Assembly (NCBI RefSeq): GCF_964355755.1
Contig: NC_092672.1
Coordinates: forward strand, 9,486,001 to 9,550,000
Source of the DNA: Antedon mediterranea
Lineage: Eukaryota > Animalia > Echinodermata
Direction of reading: 5' to 3'
Length of the DNA stretch: 64,000 nt
Shown: one piece after another, positions 1 to 9,894 of the stretch
Layout: every line of letters begins with the position of its first letter
Position numbering within the stretch: position 1 is the first letter of the stretch
Translations under genes and position numbers: made by a program
Notes under the pieces: model-generated
Told to the model about the DNA's origin: nothing
Seen by the model: the letters and a program-made list of their open reading frames with translations, nothing else
Database searches by the model: none

Positions 1-186
1 TTTTAAACAAATGAGACTTATTATTCTGTGATAATGTTATACATTATATTTAGATATTAGATTACATTTTGTTTAGCCTATTAGTCCAAGGCTTTATTAT
101 GAAACCATCCATTGATAGATATCTATAGGTTATAAAAATAGGAATTTAAATGTAGCACATGATCAGTAATATTAATAATTATTTCC

Positions 187-285
187 TTATTTGGAAAGGG
201 TGGTTAACGCATTATTTAATGCTTCTATTATTCTAGAAACATTCTCCTCTGTGCAGTTGTACCCCATTAACCCAATTCGCCAAAC
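187..285 (-). CDS. AGXT: AGXT terminal coding exon 11
   Basis: TAG|GTTTGGCGA...TCCAAATAA; [32 protein letters not shown]. Confidence 0.92.
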   Translation of the reverse strand, partial: VWRIGLMGYNCTEENVSRIIEALNNALTTLSK

Positions 286-3200
286 CTATAAAAATAAGAA
301 ATATAAAACACATCATAAAACAGTAAAAACATACATTTTGTAATGGTATTTAGATGCTCGTACATAGATCCGCCCTTTTAAACATCTAAAATGGAATTGT
401 GAACTATATCTATTTTCGACAGTATTAGATTATTTTTATTAGGGAGGACCTAAGACTAAATTATTACATTTATGAATTTTATAAATCTCACAATTGTTAT
501 AATTATTAATAAAAAAATTATACATATACTTACCTTTCCAGTTGTCTCTCCAAGGCCTCCAGAAATTTCAATCTTGTAACTGTAACAAGAAAAAGATTAA
601 ACATTAACTATCAAATTTTTCTTATATTATTTTAACCTGATACACGAATAGGAAAACATATCAGTTACTGTAAGTTGCTAACAATTTAAAAAAAAATAAA
701 ACTAAGAAGCAGTGGACAGGGCAACTTTCGGAACAAAATATTAAAAAGAAAATTTTGTTTCAACCTCATCACCTAATGGATGATATAAACCCATGAGCCT
801 ACTGTACAAGTTCTGCGAATTCCATTCCATCAGGCTTAGCTAGTAGCAATTTGTTCTCACAGCAATTCTTGTATCTATGAGCGGGTAAACCCAGAGGCTA
901 CAGAGCTTAAGGGGTCCAGCACATGAGTAGCCCCAATACAACTATCCAGCGCTGGAGGACCTCTTAGTAGTGGTCTTTGCCCACCGCGTTACACCACTGA
1001 TGAGTGCTCTCATACCAACTAAAGCTCTGTCCACACTATCAAACTTTATGTGACAAAAAATGTGCCCATATATGGACATGATGATGTCATATCACTAACA
1101 TATTTTTTGGCAAATCACACTTTTTGATAGTGGAGACAAAGCATTACACAGCAATATTCGACTGACTGTTTATTACAGGTTACCAAATAAGGTAAACATA
1201 ACTGTATATTTTCAAAGATTACACTGCATTGTTGAATACAAGTATTATACATTGATTTAACATTTATTTCTATTTCTATATAAATTCATGTAAAATATTT
1301 CCATTACTTTTTCATAATAAAATCAGCAATGTCTTTCCAATTAACACCATCTGGTACCTTCACTGTAGTGACAGTCGGTAATCTGACAGCCTAAAAAAGA
1401 AAATTATTTCCAATTCTCAAGTTGTGAAATTTTCAAAAATATTGGAAGAAAAACAAGAAGTTTGTTGTGGTCCTTGCAACCTTTCAGTATTGGGAGCATT
1501 TGATTTGTGCAGAAATATTTTGTGATTTGTGTGTTTCATTGAAATAAATGTGAATCTGAGAGTAATATAAAATAACTTGTTAAGCTTTCACTTTCAAATA
1601 TACTACAATTTATTTGGTCAAACATGTCTTAAAATTGCCCTTACTTGTTACACCTTTCAATGTAAAAAAAAATACCTTACCTTGTCTTTGACAAATAATT
1701 CCAATCCCATGTTTTCAAGCTGGTTGTGAAGTTGTAGTGCACACTTACTGTGCCTTGTCCAACAGTTCTCAAGACCCTGAACAATGGAAAATTATTTTAA
1801 TGCCATATAATCTAATGTTTTTAACCAATAATAAGATGATAAACAGTTAAATCAATTCATTTTTTTTATAACATGCACTACTTTAAAGGCAAATATAAAA
1901 TTTCAGGGGTAGGGAATAATTTTTATTTCGTATAACTAGTTTTTTTCCACACTCTCACCATTCAAAATTTGTCATGACATAGTGGCCAATAAATGTTTTA
2001 AAACATTTTTTAAAGGCTAAATTTGTATTATATTTTAATTGTATTAAAATTATGTATGTATTTGTATTTCGTTAAAAGCGCACGCCAAAGTAAAAAAAAA
2101 GTTCCCCAGCTTAAGATTTAGATTAGTTCAATAAACCAGTCATTTACCTCTTCCGCCAACATTGCTAGGCCTTCTCTTAAGGTGTAAAAGCTACTAATTG
2201 GTCCAGTGTGGTGATATCTAAGTTAACAAAGAAAGGTTATAAGCAAGAAAATAAGAAAAACATAACATTTAATAAGGGGGGAAATCCAACCAGAAATTGC
2301 TGATCATTAGGGACTCTCACAAAGGTTCACAAGACAAACATACACAAGATGCTCTACATAAACAAAGTCTTATTACAAGTTTTTGGGAGTGGAGTAATTT
2401 TTCCCCTAGAAAGAAACCTGACATGTGACGGGACTTGAACTTAGGACCCTTGGAGTGGTTGCCAAACATCATAATCACAACAACAAGACACAACTTCACT
2501 CTAACTTCTTAGTTGAGTAGTTAAAAAAAAAAATGAAAAAAAAAATACCTTCTTGGCTGATCATCAGCGCCCCAGTAATTTCCTAGCTCATTCATATCAA
2601 AATAATAAGATGGTACTTTGGTCTTCCTTGATGCAAGCTTGTCACTAAAAATGTTGACAAAGTATTATTTGTCTTTTGCCTTATGCTTAAAAACAGTGAC
2701 TGTGACAATTTCTTCCCTACTTAGTGACACAAAGAAATATTATTTATAATATATAATACGTAAAAGGAATTGTTAACTATAGTTTAACTTACCATGCTTT
2801 TTGACTAAAAGAAATTGGTGCTGTACCTGGCGGACATCCTAGCACCTTTTGAGATCCACTATAAATCACATCAATTCCTGAAATAAAAATGGTGTAATTA
2901 CTTGTGACGCCCCCTTTTAAAAATTGAAAATGGAAGAATGAATGAAAATGAGTGAATACGTTACCCCATTCATCTGCAAACATTGGTACTCCTCCTAAGC
3001 TGGCAACTGAGTCAACAAACAACAAACAATCATGTTTTTTGCACACATCACCAAAGCCCTCTAGTGGTTGGTGAATACCAGAGGATGATTCACCTTGAGT
3101 AATGAAAAACACACATGGTTTGTGTTCCTGTATGGACTGTGTAAAGATTTATTAAAAGAAATTATAAAAAACTAAACTAGCCATTTTGAATTATTGTTAC

Positions 3201-5353
3201 ACTAATAAAACAATAGACACGTTTCTCGCTCGCGACCAATCAGAAATAGTGGGTATAGATTTGTAAACAAACCGAAAACCTCTCGCCTAGTGCGTGTTGA
3301 AGCATAGCGAAATGGCGACTGCCGAGTGCTTTTGTTGCAAGGTGCATCATAAATGCTGTATATGTTGGATACATCGTGAATTTAACTACACAAAATCACT
3401 GAATAATATTCCTGTTTTTAATTTTCAAACACTTGCTGAGTGGTTTGCGTCGGCTCCGAAGGATAGTGGCGCAAAATCTTGGAAATTTTTCAAGGAAAGG
3501 TACGTCCACGATGTGCTCGTGTCTCTCCGCCCGCCCGGTGGCGTTGCCTGATGTGCGGTACTTCGTCTACTAGGCCTAGGAGGCTTGGGTGTCTGTTTAA
3601 GCGCCGAAGAACATCACATAATACATGGAAGATGCAATAGGAGCATGAAGAAGAATGAAAGATAATAATTAATATATTTACGCAACATTTGTAAATAAAT
3701 TTGCACCGTATATATATAGGCCTAATACTATGTGTGTCAAACCAAAAATGACAATTTGAATACATAAATAAAGTCGATGATTCCGAACCAAATGTCCAAA
3801 TAATTCTACAGTGAATATAAAACATAAGTTTAGAAAATAAATAACATCCTTACCATGCCATTCCATCAAAAGGCTAGTTTTGACGATTGCTTTTTAAGAT
3901 GATCATCTCTCAGTTCTCCCATGCTTTAACATACCTCTCGCTGTGTTTGTTTACCATTGTATACCCACTAAAAGGTCAAACTGACGGTGACCTCGCGAGC
4001 GCGAACCGTGTCTATTGTTTATTTTTTCTAATCTTTATTTTACAACATGGAACCTAAATATACATTATTACACTTTTTGTTTACAAATACCTGAGACACT
4101 TCTTGTGTGGTAAACACCTCGCCTGCAGGCTTCTTTAACACTCGAACATCAGCACCTACATCCATAAAATATAAGTTCAATTAAAAATTCTAAATTGTAA
4201 AAGTTACAAATTACAGTACATAGTGCAATCCCAGTAAAACGCTCTGTCTATCAAACTAGTTTGACAACAAATTGTGATGTACCCAAATATAGAAGGGATG
4301 TACCCAAATATGGTAGTGGTACGACATTATCATGTCCATATATGAGCACATCACATTTTTTGTCACATAAAGTTTAATAGTGTAGACAGAGCTTAAAAGT
4401 AAATAAAAGAAAAGGATACAGAGTCAAGTAAATATGAATACTCCACCACTTAAATGTAAATACCACCTCTTCCTAAATAAGCCACCTATTCTAAGAGCCC
4501 CCTGAATCTAACATACCGCCAATAACCAACATTACCGATTCTTTCTGCTAAAGATGCAAGTCTTTGACCCCAAATGCCATTAGATCCAACAAGCACAACA
4601 TCTCCAGGCTCAACTATATTGACCAGCGCTGCTTCCATTCCTGCATGTCCAGTGCCACTGATGGCTAAGGTTAAGTTGTTCTTGGTTTGAAAAGCATACT
4701 GCATGCCCGATTTAATATCATCCATTATCTATGTAAATAAAATCAATTCAATGTTTAATAATATTATGTTAGAGTTTAAAATTACATAAGACCATTTATA
4801 GAGTTGCTTAATAACCCCCCCCCCCCCTCCCCCTCCCACCCACCAAAAAAAAGTCTTCTGGTGCCACCCTTACTGAATATTAATGGCGAAAGAATTATGA
4901 CGAAAATGGCGCGCCATGCATTTAGCTACTAAAGTACATTGTGTTCTCTATCTACACAGTACAGGCCTACTACTTTTATATAAATATTACCTACCACCAC
5001 AACACCTATTTATTTTAAAATAGGCAAAATTAAAGTATGACCTAGTCCTTTAGGCCGAGACTTGCGCTACAATGCAAGAAATTACTTAGGCCTAGGCCTA
5101 GGCCTACCTTTAAAAATTCCGGATGCATATGGCCAAGCAAGGGCAATGCCGACGCTGCCAACACACGCGGTGGGCTGTTCGAGGGGCCTGGACCAGTAAG
5201 CAATTTATGTGGAACATTCATAGGCTCAAAAAGACCTGTCGGGGGATCTATGTTACACGTTTGTAAATTAAATGAGGTGCAGAAAAAGGACCGTAATTGT
5301 TGATAACCAAGTCGCCCCCATGACGTTATTTTAGTCACTCGTTGCGTAAACAT
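187..5353 (-). CDS. AGXT: Alanine-glyoxylate / serine-pyruvate aminotransferase (class V PLP enzyme), 11 coding exons, 416 aa
   Basis: Exons (plus coordinates) 5108-5353, 4536-4728, 4091-4155, 2965-3136, 2793-2877, 2549-2644, 2148-2217, 1681-1776, 1308-1390, 534-579, 187-285. All introns are GT-AG and the exons sum to 1251 nt in one frame. Motifs [35 protein letters not shown] (PLP lysine), [29 protein letters not shown]. Confidence 0.95.
534..579 (-). CDS. AGXT: AGXT coding exon 10 (46 nt)
   Basis: CAG|TTACAAG...GGAAAG|GTAAGT; [15 protein letters not shown]. Confidence 0.9.
1019..1146. mobile_element. Short MITE (Harbinger/Tourist-like) in AGXT intron
   Basis: Inverted ends AAAGCTCTGTCCACACTATCAAA ... 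TTTGATAGTGGAGACAAAGC; a second family member lies in opposite orientation at 4240-4397. Confidence 0.7.
1308..1390 (-). CDS. AGXT: AGXT coding exon 9 (83 nt)
   Basis: TAG|GCTGTC...ATGAAAAA|GTAATG; [20 protein letters not shown]. Confidence 0.9.
1681..1776 (-). CDS. AGXT: AGXT coding exon 8 (96 nt)
   Basis: CAG|GGTCTT...GACAAG|GTAAGG; GLENCWTRH...GLELFVKDK. Confidence 0.92.
2148..2217 (-). CDS. AGXT: AGXT coding exon 7 (70 nt)
   Basis: TAG|ATATCAC...GAAGAG|GTAAAT; [23 protein letters not shown]. Confidence 0.92.
2290..2500 (-). mobile_element. Degenerate tRNA-derived SINE
   Basis: Minus strand has a tRNA-like head with B-box-like AAGTTCAAGTCC(CG) at ~2429-2442, followed by a non-tRNA body; boundaries approximate. 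Confidence 0.45.
2549..2644 (-). CDS. AGXT: AGXT coding exon 6 (96 nt)
   Basis: TAG|TGACAAG...AGAAG|GTATTT; [25 protein letters not shown]. Confidence 0.92.
2793..2877 (-). CDS. AGXT: AGXT coding exon 5 (85 nt), PLP-lysine motif
   Basis: CAG|GAATTGAT...GCATG|GTAAGT; [17 protein letters not shown]. Confidence 0.93.
2965..3136 (-). CDS. AGXT: AGXT coding exon 4 (172 nt)
   Basis: CAG|TCCATA...TGGG|GTAACG; SIQEHKP...GESSSG...VDSVASLGG. Confidence 0.92.
3215..4013 (+). mobile_element. Internally deleted TIR DNA transposon (ISL2EU/Harbinger-related candidate) in AGXT intron 3
   Basis: TIRs AGACACGTTTCTCGCTCGCGA / TCGCGAGCGCGAACCGTGTCT; sub-terminal IR gtgggtata..gtaaacaaac / gtttgtttac..tatacccac; AT duplicated on both sides; coding remnant [14 protein letters not shown]. 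Confidence 0.65.
4091..4155 (-). CDS. AGXT: AGXT coding exon 3 (65 nt)
   Basis: TAG|GTGCTGAT...TCTCAG|GTATTT; [21 protein letters not shown]. Confidence 0.9.
4240..4397. mobile_element. Same MITE family, opposite orientation
   Basis: GCTCTGTCTATCAAACTAG ... AAGTTTAATAGTGTAGACAGAGCTT; core catgtccatatatg is the reverse complement of the core at ~1065-1080. Confidence 0.7.
4536..4728 (-). CDS. AGXT: AGXT coding exon 2 (193 nt)
   Basis: AG|ATAATGGAT...ATCG|GTAATG; [15 protein letters not shown]...AERIG. Confidence 0.93.
5108..5353 (-). CDS. AGXT: AGXT coding exon 1 (MFTQRVTK...HPEFLK), includes putative mitochondrial presequence
   Basis: ATG at 5353; GPGPSN motif; donor AAG|GTAGGC. Start choice inferred as the first in-frame ATG. 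Confidence 0.85.
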
Positions 5354-5485
5354 TATAAGTATTATGTGTGTACTGCCTGCTGCATGCTGAGCGATGTAAT
5401 AAGCCAAAGAGCGGAAGTACCATCTTGTACCATCTATCCAGGCACCAAAAACTAAACTCGAGCGGCGCGGAAGCTCGAAATTCTA

Positions 5486-5522
5486 CAAAGGTCAACAATC
5501 AATCAAGATGACGTCACCCAAT
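5486..5522. promoter_or_regulatory. Putative AGXT proximal promoter motifs: nuclear-receptor half-site CAAAGGTCA, CRE TGACGTCA, CCAAT
   Basis: CAAAGGTCA ~5486-5494, perfect CRE 5509-5516, CCAAT 5518-5522, 130-170 nt upstream of the ATG; motif match only. Confidence 0.4.
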
Positions 5523-7011
5523 CAATACTGGTCAATACATTATAATCGATATTATAATAATGATTATGATCGATATGTTTATTACTTTTATTAAAACATT
5601 GTGACTGATTCAATATAGCCTACAAATGAAATTAGTAATAACTAATAGGGGCCGCTAATAACAGATTTTGCACGACAATGCATTTTTGTATCAAGGATAA
5701 TATGTCACTCTTCTCTGGGATAAACATCCCCGGTTCAAGGTTATAGAATATTCCAAAATTTATAAAATAGGCTTAATTAATAAATATTGCGCAGCGAAAC
5801 ACGTGATACAGGTAACATTTTAAAGTATTACGGTCCGACGGTACATTCCTATTAGTATCATAAGCATCAAACTAATGTAAAACTGAATATCCAAAACGAG
5901 ATGAACATTTTTAATCATAAGGTAAACCTGATATATATATATTAATATTTGAGCAAATTCATTCAGAATAGGTAAATCGATACTAGTGGGCTGCTAAGCC
6001 TCGTATAAATAGTCTACTCTAATTAGTATAAACTGCATTATTCGGGGTAGGCACTTTCATAGTGTTTTGAAACTACAGCCAACCCATACAGGGCACTAGG
6101 TGTCCCTCCAGAGCCTAAATTATGGCTTAAGGCCTCTGTAATTACTTTATTTTTGTTTTAAAATATCAATTATTATTAGGAACTGTATTGATATGTTTGC
6201 TCGAACTAATCTACAAGCGTACAACAGCAACAACATATTTTGTAGATAATTGCACGTTATGTTGTATTAAAGGATTATATCTCTATCGTAAATAACCTTC
6301 TTATAAACATGATGTTTACAATGATTTGCAATACCATATTGATTTCCAGTCAGGGTAATTAATAATGACAAACACCACGAACAAAAAGTTGTTGATCGTC
6401 CTTGAAAAAAAAACGAAAAACAAAAACAAAAAGTCGAGTGCTAGGGAGGTTTTTTTTTTTAATTATGACCACTGACCGGAAGGAAAAAAATGTATGATTT
6501 GTGTGTGTCGGTATCTTCATGGTTGGCTTACTGTACTTTATTAAATAAAAAAAAAACACATTACAACATACAGTATTATACACAACGTTGGAGTACGATT
6601 TCCAGTTAATTAGTTCCCAGTTCATCGACATTTAATCAGGCCTAATGAAAGGAAATAAATACTTGCTAAAAATACACCACATGAACTTTAATAAAACCAA
6701 AAAAATGTAATAGTTATAATAAATGGATAACACTCGTCAAAACATTACAATGAAACAATGTAGGTTTTACACCTAAGAGCGTGAAACAGGACCTTTGATG
6801 AATTTTTCATAGGCCTAATAAAGATTTTAATGTGAATCGCCCACTCATAAATGACCTATGATTATTTTTAATGAATTGTTTTATTGGCAGAATTAATGTT
6901 TTACCTCAAGTAAATTCATATTATTGTCAAAACACACTTATTGAGATAAAATAAATGGTTCTTCACAGAGGATTGATCAAGGAATGTGGATGACCAATTA
7001 TACAGATACAT

Positions 7012-7555
7012 ATCGACGATAATAAGTATGCATTTTTAAATAAAACAAAGGAAATTAGAAAGTTTTTCGTTCTAGAACTAGGATAACCATTTATGCTGTC
7101 AAAAGAAATATTTTGTAAAACCCAATCACGTCATGACGTCATGATGAATAAAAAGAATAAAATCGTTATATTGTCACGACATTTGTCGTATTCGATTGGG
7201 AACTTTCGTTTTCAACGTAAAGATTCGTTGAGTACTTTTTGTATTCGAATTGTAAATTTGTGCTCAACAGAAAGTCATTCGAATAGAAAATGTTGACAAC
7301 GAAAGGTTTTTCGTTAAGAACAATCTCAACGCTCAAAATACTCCGTTAAAGAAGTACTCAACGGAAAAACTGTACTCAACGGTGAAAGTCTAAATCGAAT
7401 ACGACAAATATTGCTCTTATCAATCATGACGTCATTTGATTGGACGTGAAAAAATATAATTTTAATCAAAGGGAGTAGATGGTTTTTCTATAGTTAGAGG
7501 ATGAAAACTTGGATTTCTTTTGTTTATGAATGAACATTTTTTTTTATTGTCGATC
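7012..7555. mobile_element. Degenerate palindromic (fold-back) MITE, ~540 bp
   Basis: Nested inverted matches atcgacgataataa/ttattgtcgat, ccaatca..tgacgtcatgat/atcatgacgtca..tgattgg, atttgtcgtattcgatt/aatcgaatacgacaaat, cgttgagtac/gtactcaacg. Confidence 0.6.
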
Positions 7556-7704
7556 GTCCTAGTGTAAATGGGCCTAACTAAAACTCATTCTTACCTCTGC
7601 AAATATCCGATAAGAATACAATTTATCGAACGTCTGATAAAACAAAACGGAGTACTGTTGTAATTTTATCTGAAATTTCAAAAATGCTATACGGTACTGT
7701 ATCT

Positions 7705-7813
7705 AACAAGGCCAAATACTTGGCTGCAGTCGCGTGCTCAAATTTGAGTTAGTGTTTACCGACCGACCGGCCGACATAGTGAGCTGTAGAATCGCGTTTG
7801 CACGCGACTAAAA
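7705..7813. mobile_element. Helentron-like (HINE/DINE-type) short non-autonomous element
   Basis: AACAAGG start, sub-terminal IR agtcgcgtgc/gcacgcgact, terminal hairpin then AAAA; further copies at 18680-18762 (truncated) and 22826-22942. Confidence 0.5.
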
Positions 7814-8745
7814 TTGTAATCTTTAAAGAAATTGTTTGTTGCTCAGTGATGAAATACTTATCTATGTACCATTATACCTCTAATCGTATGTTACAGGTAG
7901 GCCTACATTGGCAACACAGGATATTGTTAGACCGTACCTACTTATAGCTGTAAACTTTTATAGTTATTCTTTAACAGGAAAACTTACTAGTGTTTCACAT
8001 GAGATTATCATTTTCTAAGGCTTCACAATTGTAGTAAAGAAGATGATGACGTAGTGACCGAACTTGAGGATTATCTTTATAATTCATGATTTAGAGATGT
8101 CCTTAAGTTATTGCATTCGATGTTTGATTATTATAGCAGTTTTAACTTGGCTCAAGTTAACACAGAGATAGGCCAACTAATAACTACAAAAACAGTGACT
8201 GAAAATCAATGGTAGGTACCTGTACTGGATGTACTAACTACTATATTAAAAAAAATAAATATCTTCTATTATTTCTTAGTTAACTTCATGATGTATATAC
8301 TTTAAAAACTGTTTTGTGCTAGAGGTCCCCACTTCTGTGTTGTGCCATTGGCCCATGGTTTCCTCTTAGGCTATTTGTCAAATTTGTAATACATTTTCTT
8401 TGTGCATATGCATGTGTAAATACAGTTTTATTATCTTAATTATTAATTTTCAAAAATGAAAGATAAAAATTACCATAACGAACATAGCTGTGTTATTACA
8501 AATAAGTCTGAAATTTCACACTAACATGTGCAATAACATTTTTTCACCTATAAATGAGAAGAGCCCTTAAAAGCCAAAAAAAAAACCAAATAGTATTTTT
8601 TTAGATTGAATATATTAGACCTAACCATTAATAACATAATTGAACGTTTTTGGGAGTATAGCTTTGATTGATTGAAAATCCTGTCATCAGAACGGACGGG
8701 TGGGATCCGTAGCTAACCTACAACACTCTATATTTACATTTCCAG

Positions 8746-9894
8746 ATGGATACTGCCGCCGGCATAATTAGCTCGGAATCTTTCTATCAATCATGGGGCG
8801 ACTACTCATCAATGAATATATCAGACTGGGATGGATTTATTCAGTCAATTTCATATACAATGGTGGATGAAATATTTATTGCCATATTTATGCCGATTGT
8901 CGTTATTTTTGGTATAATTGGTAACATACTAACTATCACTGTGATAGTTAGACATCAGCGCATGCGCACTTCTGTTAACGTATATTTAGCCAATATGGCG
9001 ATTGCTGATGCGATATTTCTTGCCATGGCACCTGATCTAGTATGGACTTCTTTGACCAATAGCCCAATACGTGACACGTACGATATTGGTATTCAAAATC
9101 CATGGGTGTGCAAATTCAACTTCTACGTCGTTGATGCAACATACGAAGTGGCAATCTTCACAATCGTCGCGATGTCCATCGAACGATATCGGGCAATCTA
9201 TCATCCGATTTCATTTCATAACAATAAGTCTGTATCGATTTTAAGAGCCATCCAGATATGTTGCTTTATATGGTTTATAACGTTAGCATGGCAGTCGAGG
9301 AAACTATTTTGGGTAGAAATGGTCGAATATCAATTTCCATGGCCTGACATGTATAATGGACTTCCGAATTTGACAACAGCGTGTGTTTTTTGTCTTGATG
9401 ACTTCGACTGCAAACTTGACAAGTATTTGTATATGTTTGATACTTGTTTATCATTGACACTCATGTTAGTTGTTGTCGGCCTTTATACAGCAATATTGAT
9501 CAAGCTCAGAACATCTACATTCAGTGCAGCGGGTAAAACAGCTAGATCAAAATCAGAGAAGAAAGTTTTCCTGACTGTGTTTCTGGCTGCCACTGCCTAC
9601 ATTGTTTGTACTGCACCCTTTGACGTTCTGAACATTATCCTGACCTATGGAGATGTTGATTATAACACTTCACTCAAAGCATTTAATATACTGCGCGTTG
9701 CACTGTATATGAATTCTTCAGTAAATCCAATAATATATAATGCTGTAAATGACGAATTTAGAAAAGCTTTTCTAAAAATATTTTATTGTAATTATCGTAA
9801 GCCCAAAGCAGCATGTGCTAATTCAGACCGTGAAGTAGGCCTAACTACCGTTTCACTGGTTTCATATTCCACGACAAATATTACAATAAACTAA
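8746..9894 (+). CDS. Orphan class A GPCR copy G1 (382 aa), intact
   Basis: 7 hydrophobic segments; GN (TM1), MAIAD (TM2), WxC, MSIERY, NSSVNPIIY; single coding exon with ATG directly after ttccAG. Confidence 0.93.
   Translation: MDTAAGIISSESFYQSWGDYSSMNISDWDGFIQSISYTMVDEIFIAIFMPIVVIFGIIGNILTITVIVRHQRMRTSVNVYLANMAIADAIFLAMAPDLVWTSLTNSPIRDTYDIGIQNPWVCKFNFYVVDATYEVAIFTIVAMSIERYRAIYHPISFHNNKSVSILRAIQICCFIWFITLAWQSRKLFWVEMVEYQFPWPDMYNGLPNLTTACVFCLDDFDCKLDKYLYMFDTCLSLTLMLVVVGLYTAILIKLRTSTFSAAGKTARSKSEKKVFLTVFLAATAYIVCTAPFDVLNIILTYGDVDYNTSLKAFNILRVALYMNSSVNPIIYNAVNDEFRKAFLKIFYCNYRKPKAACANSDREVGLTTVSLVSYSTTNITIN

Noticed and set aside
170-189. Cryptic PTS1 by stop-codon readthrough of AGXT
   Set aside because: Readthrough would give SK-X-GNNY*, which is not a PTS1.
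2420-2500. Functional tRNA gene
   Set aside because: Degenerate boxes, no complete cloverleaf; better explained as a SINE head.
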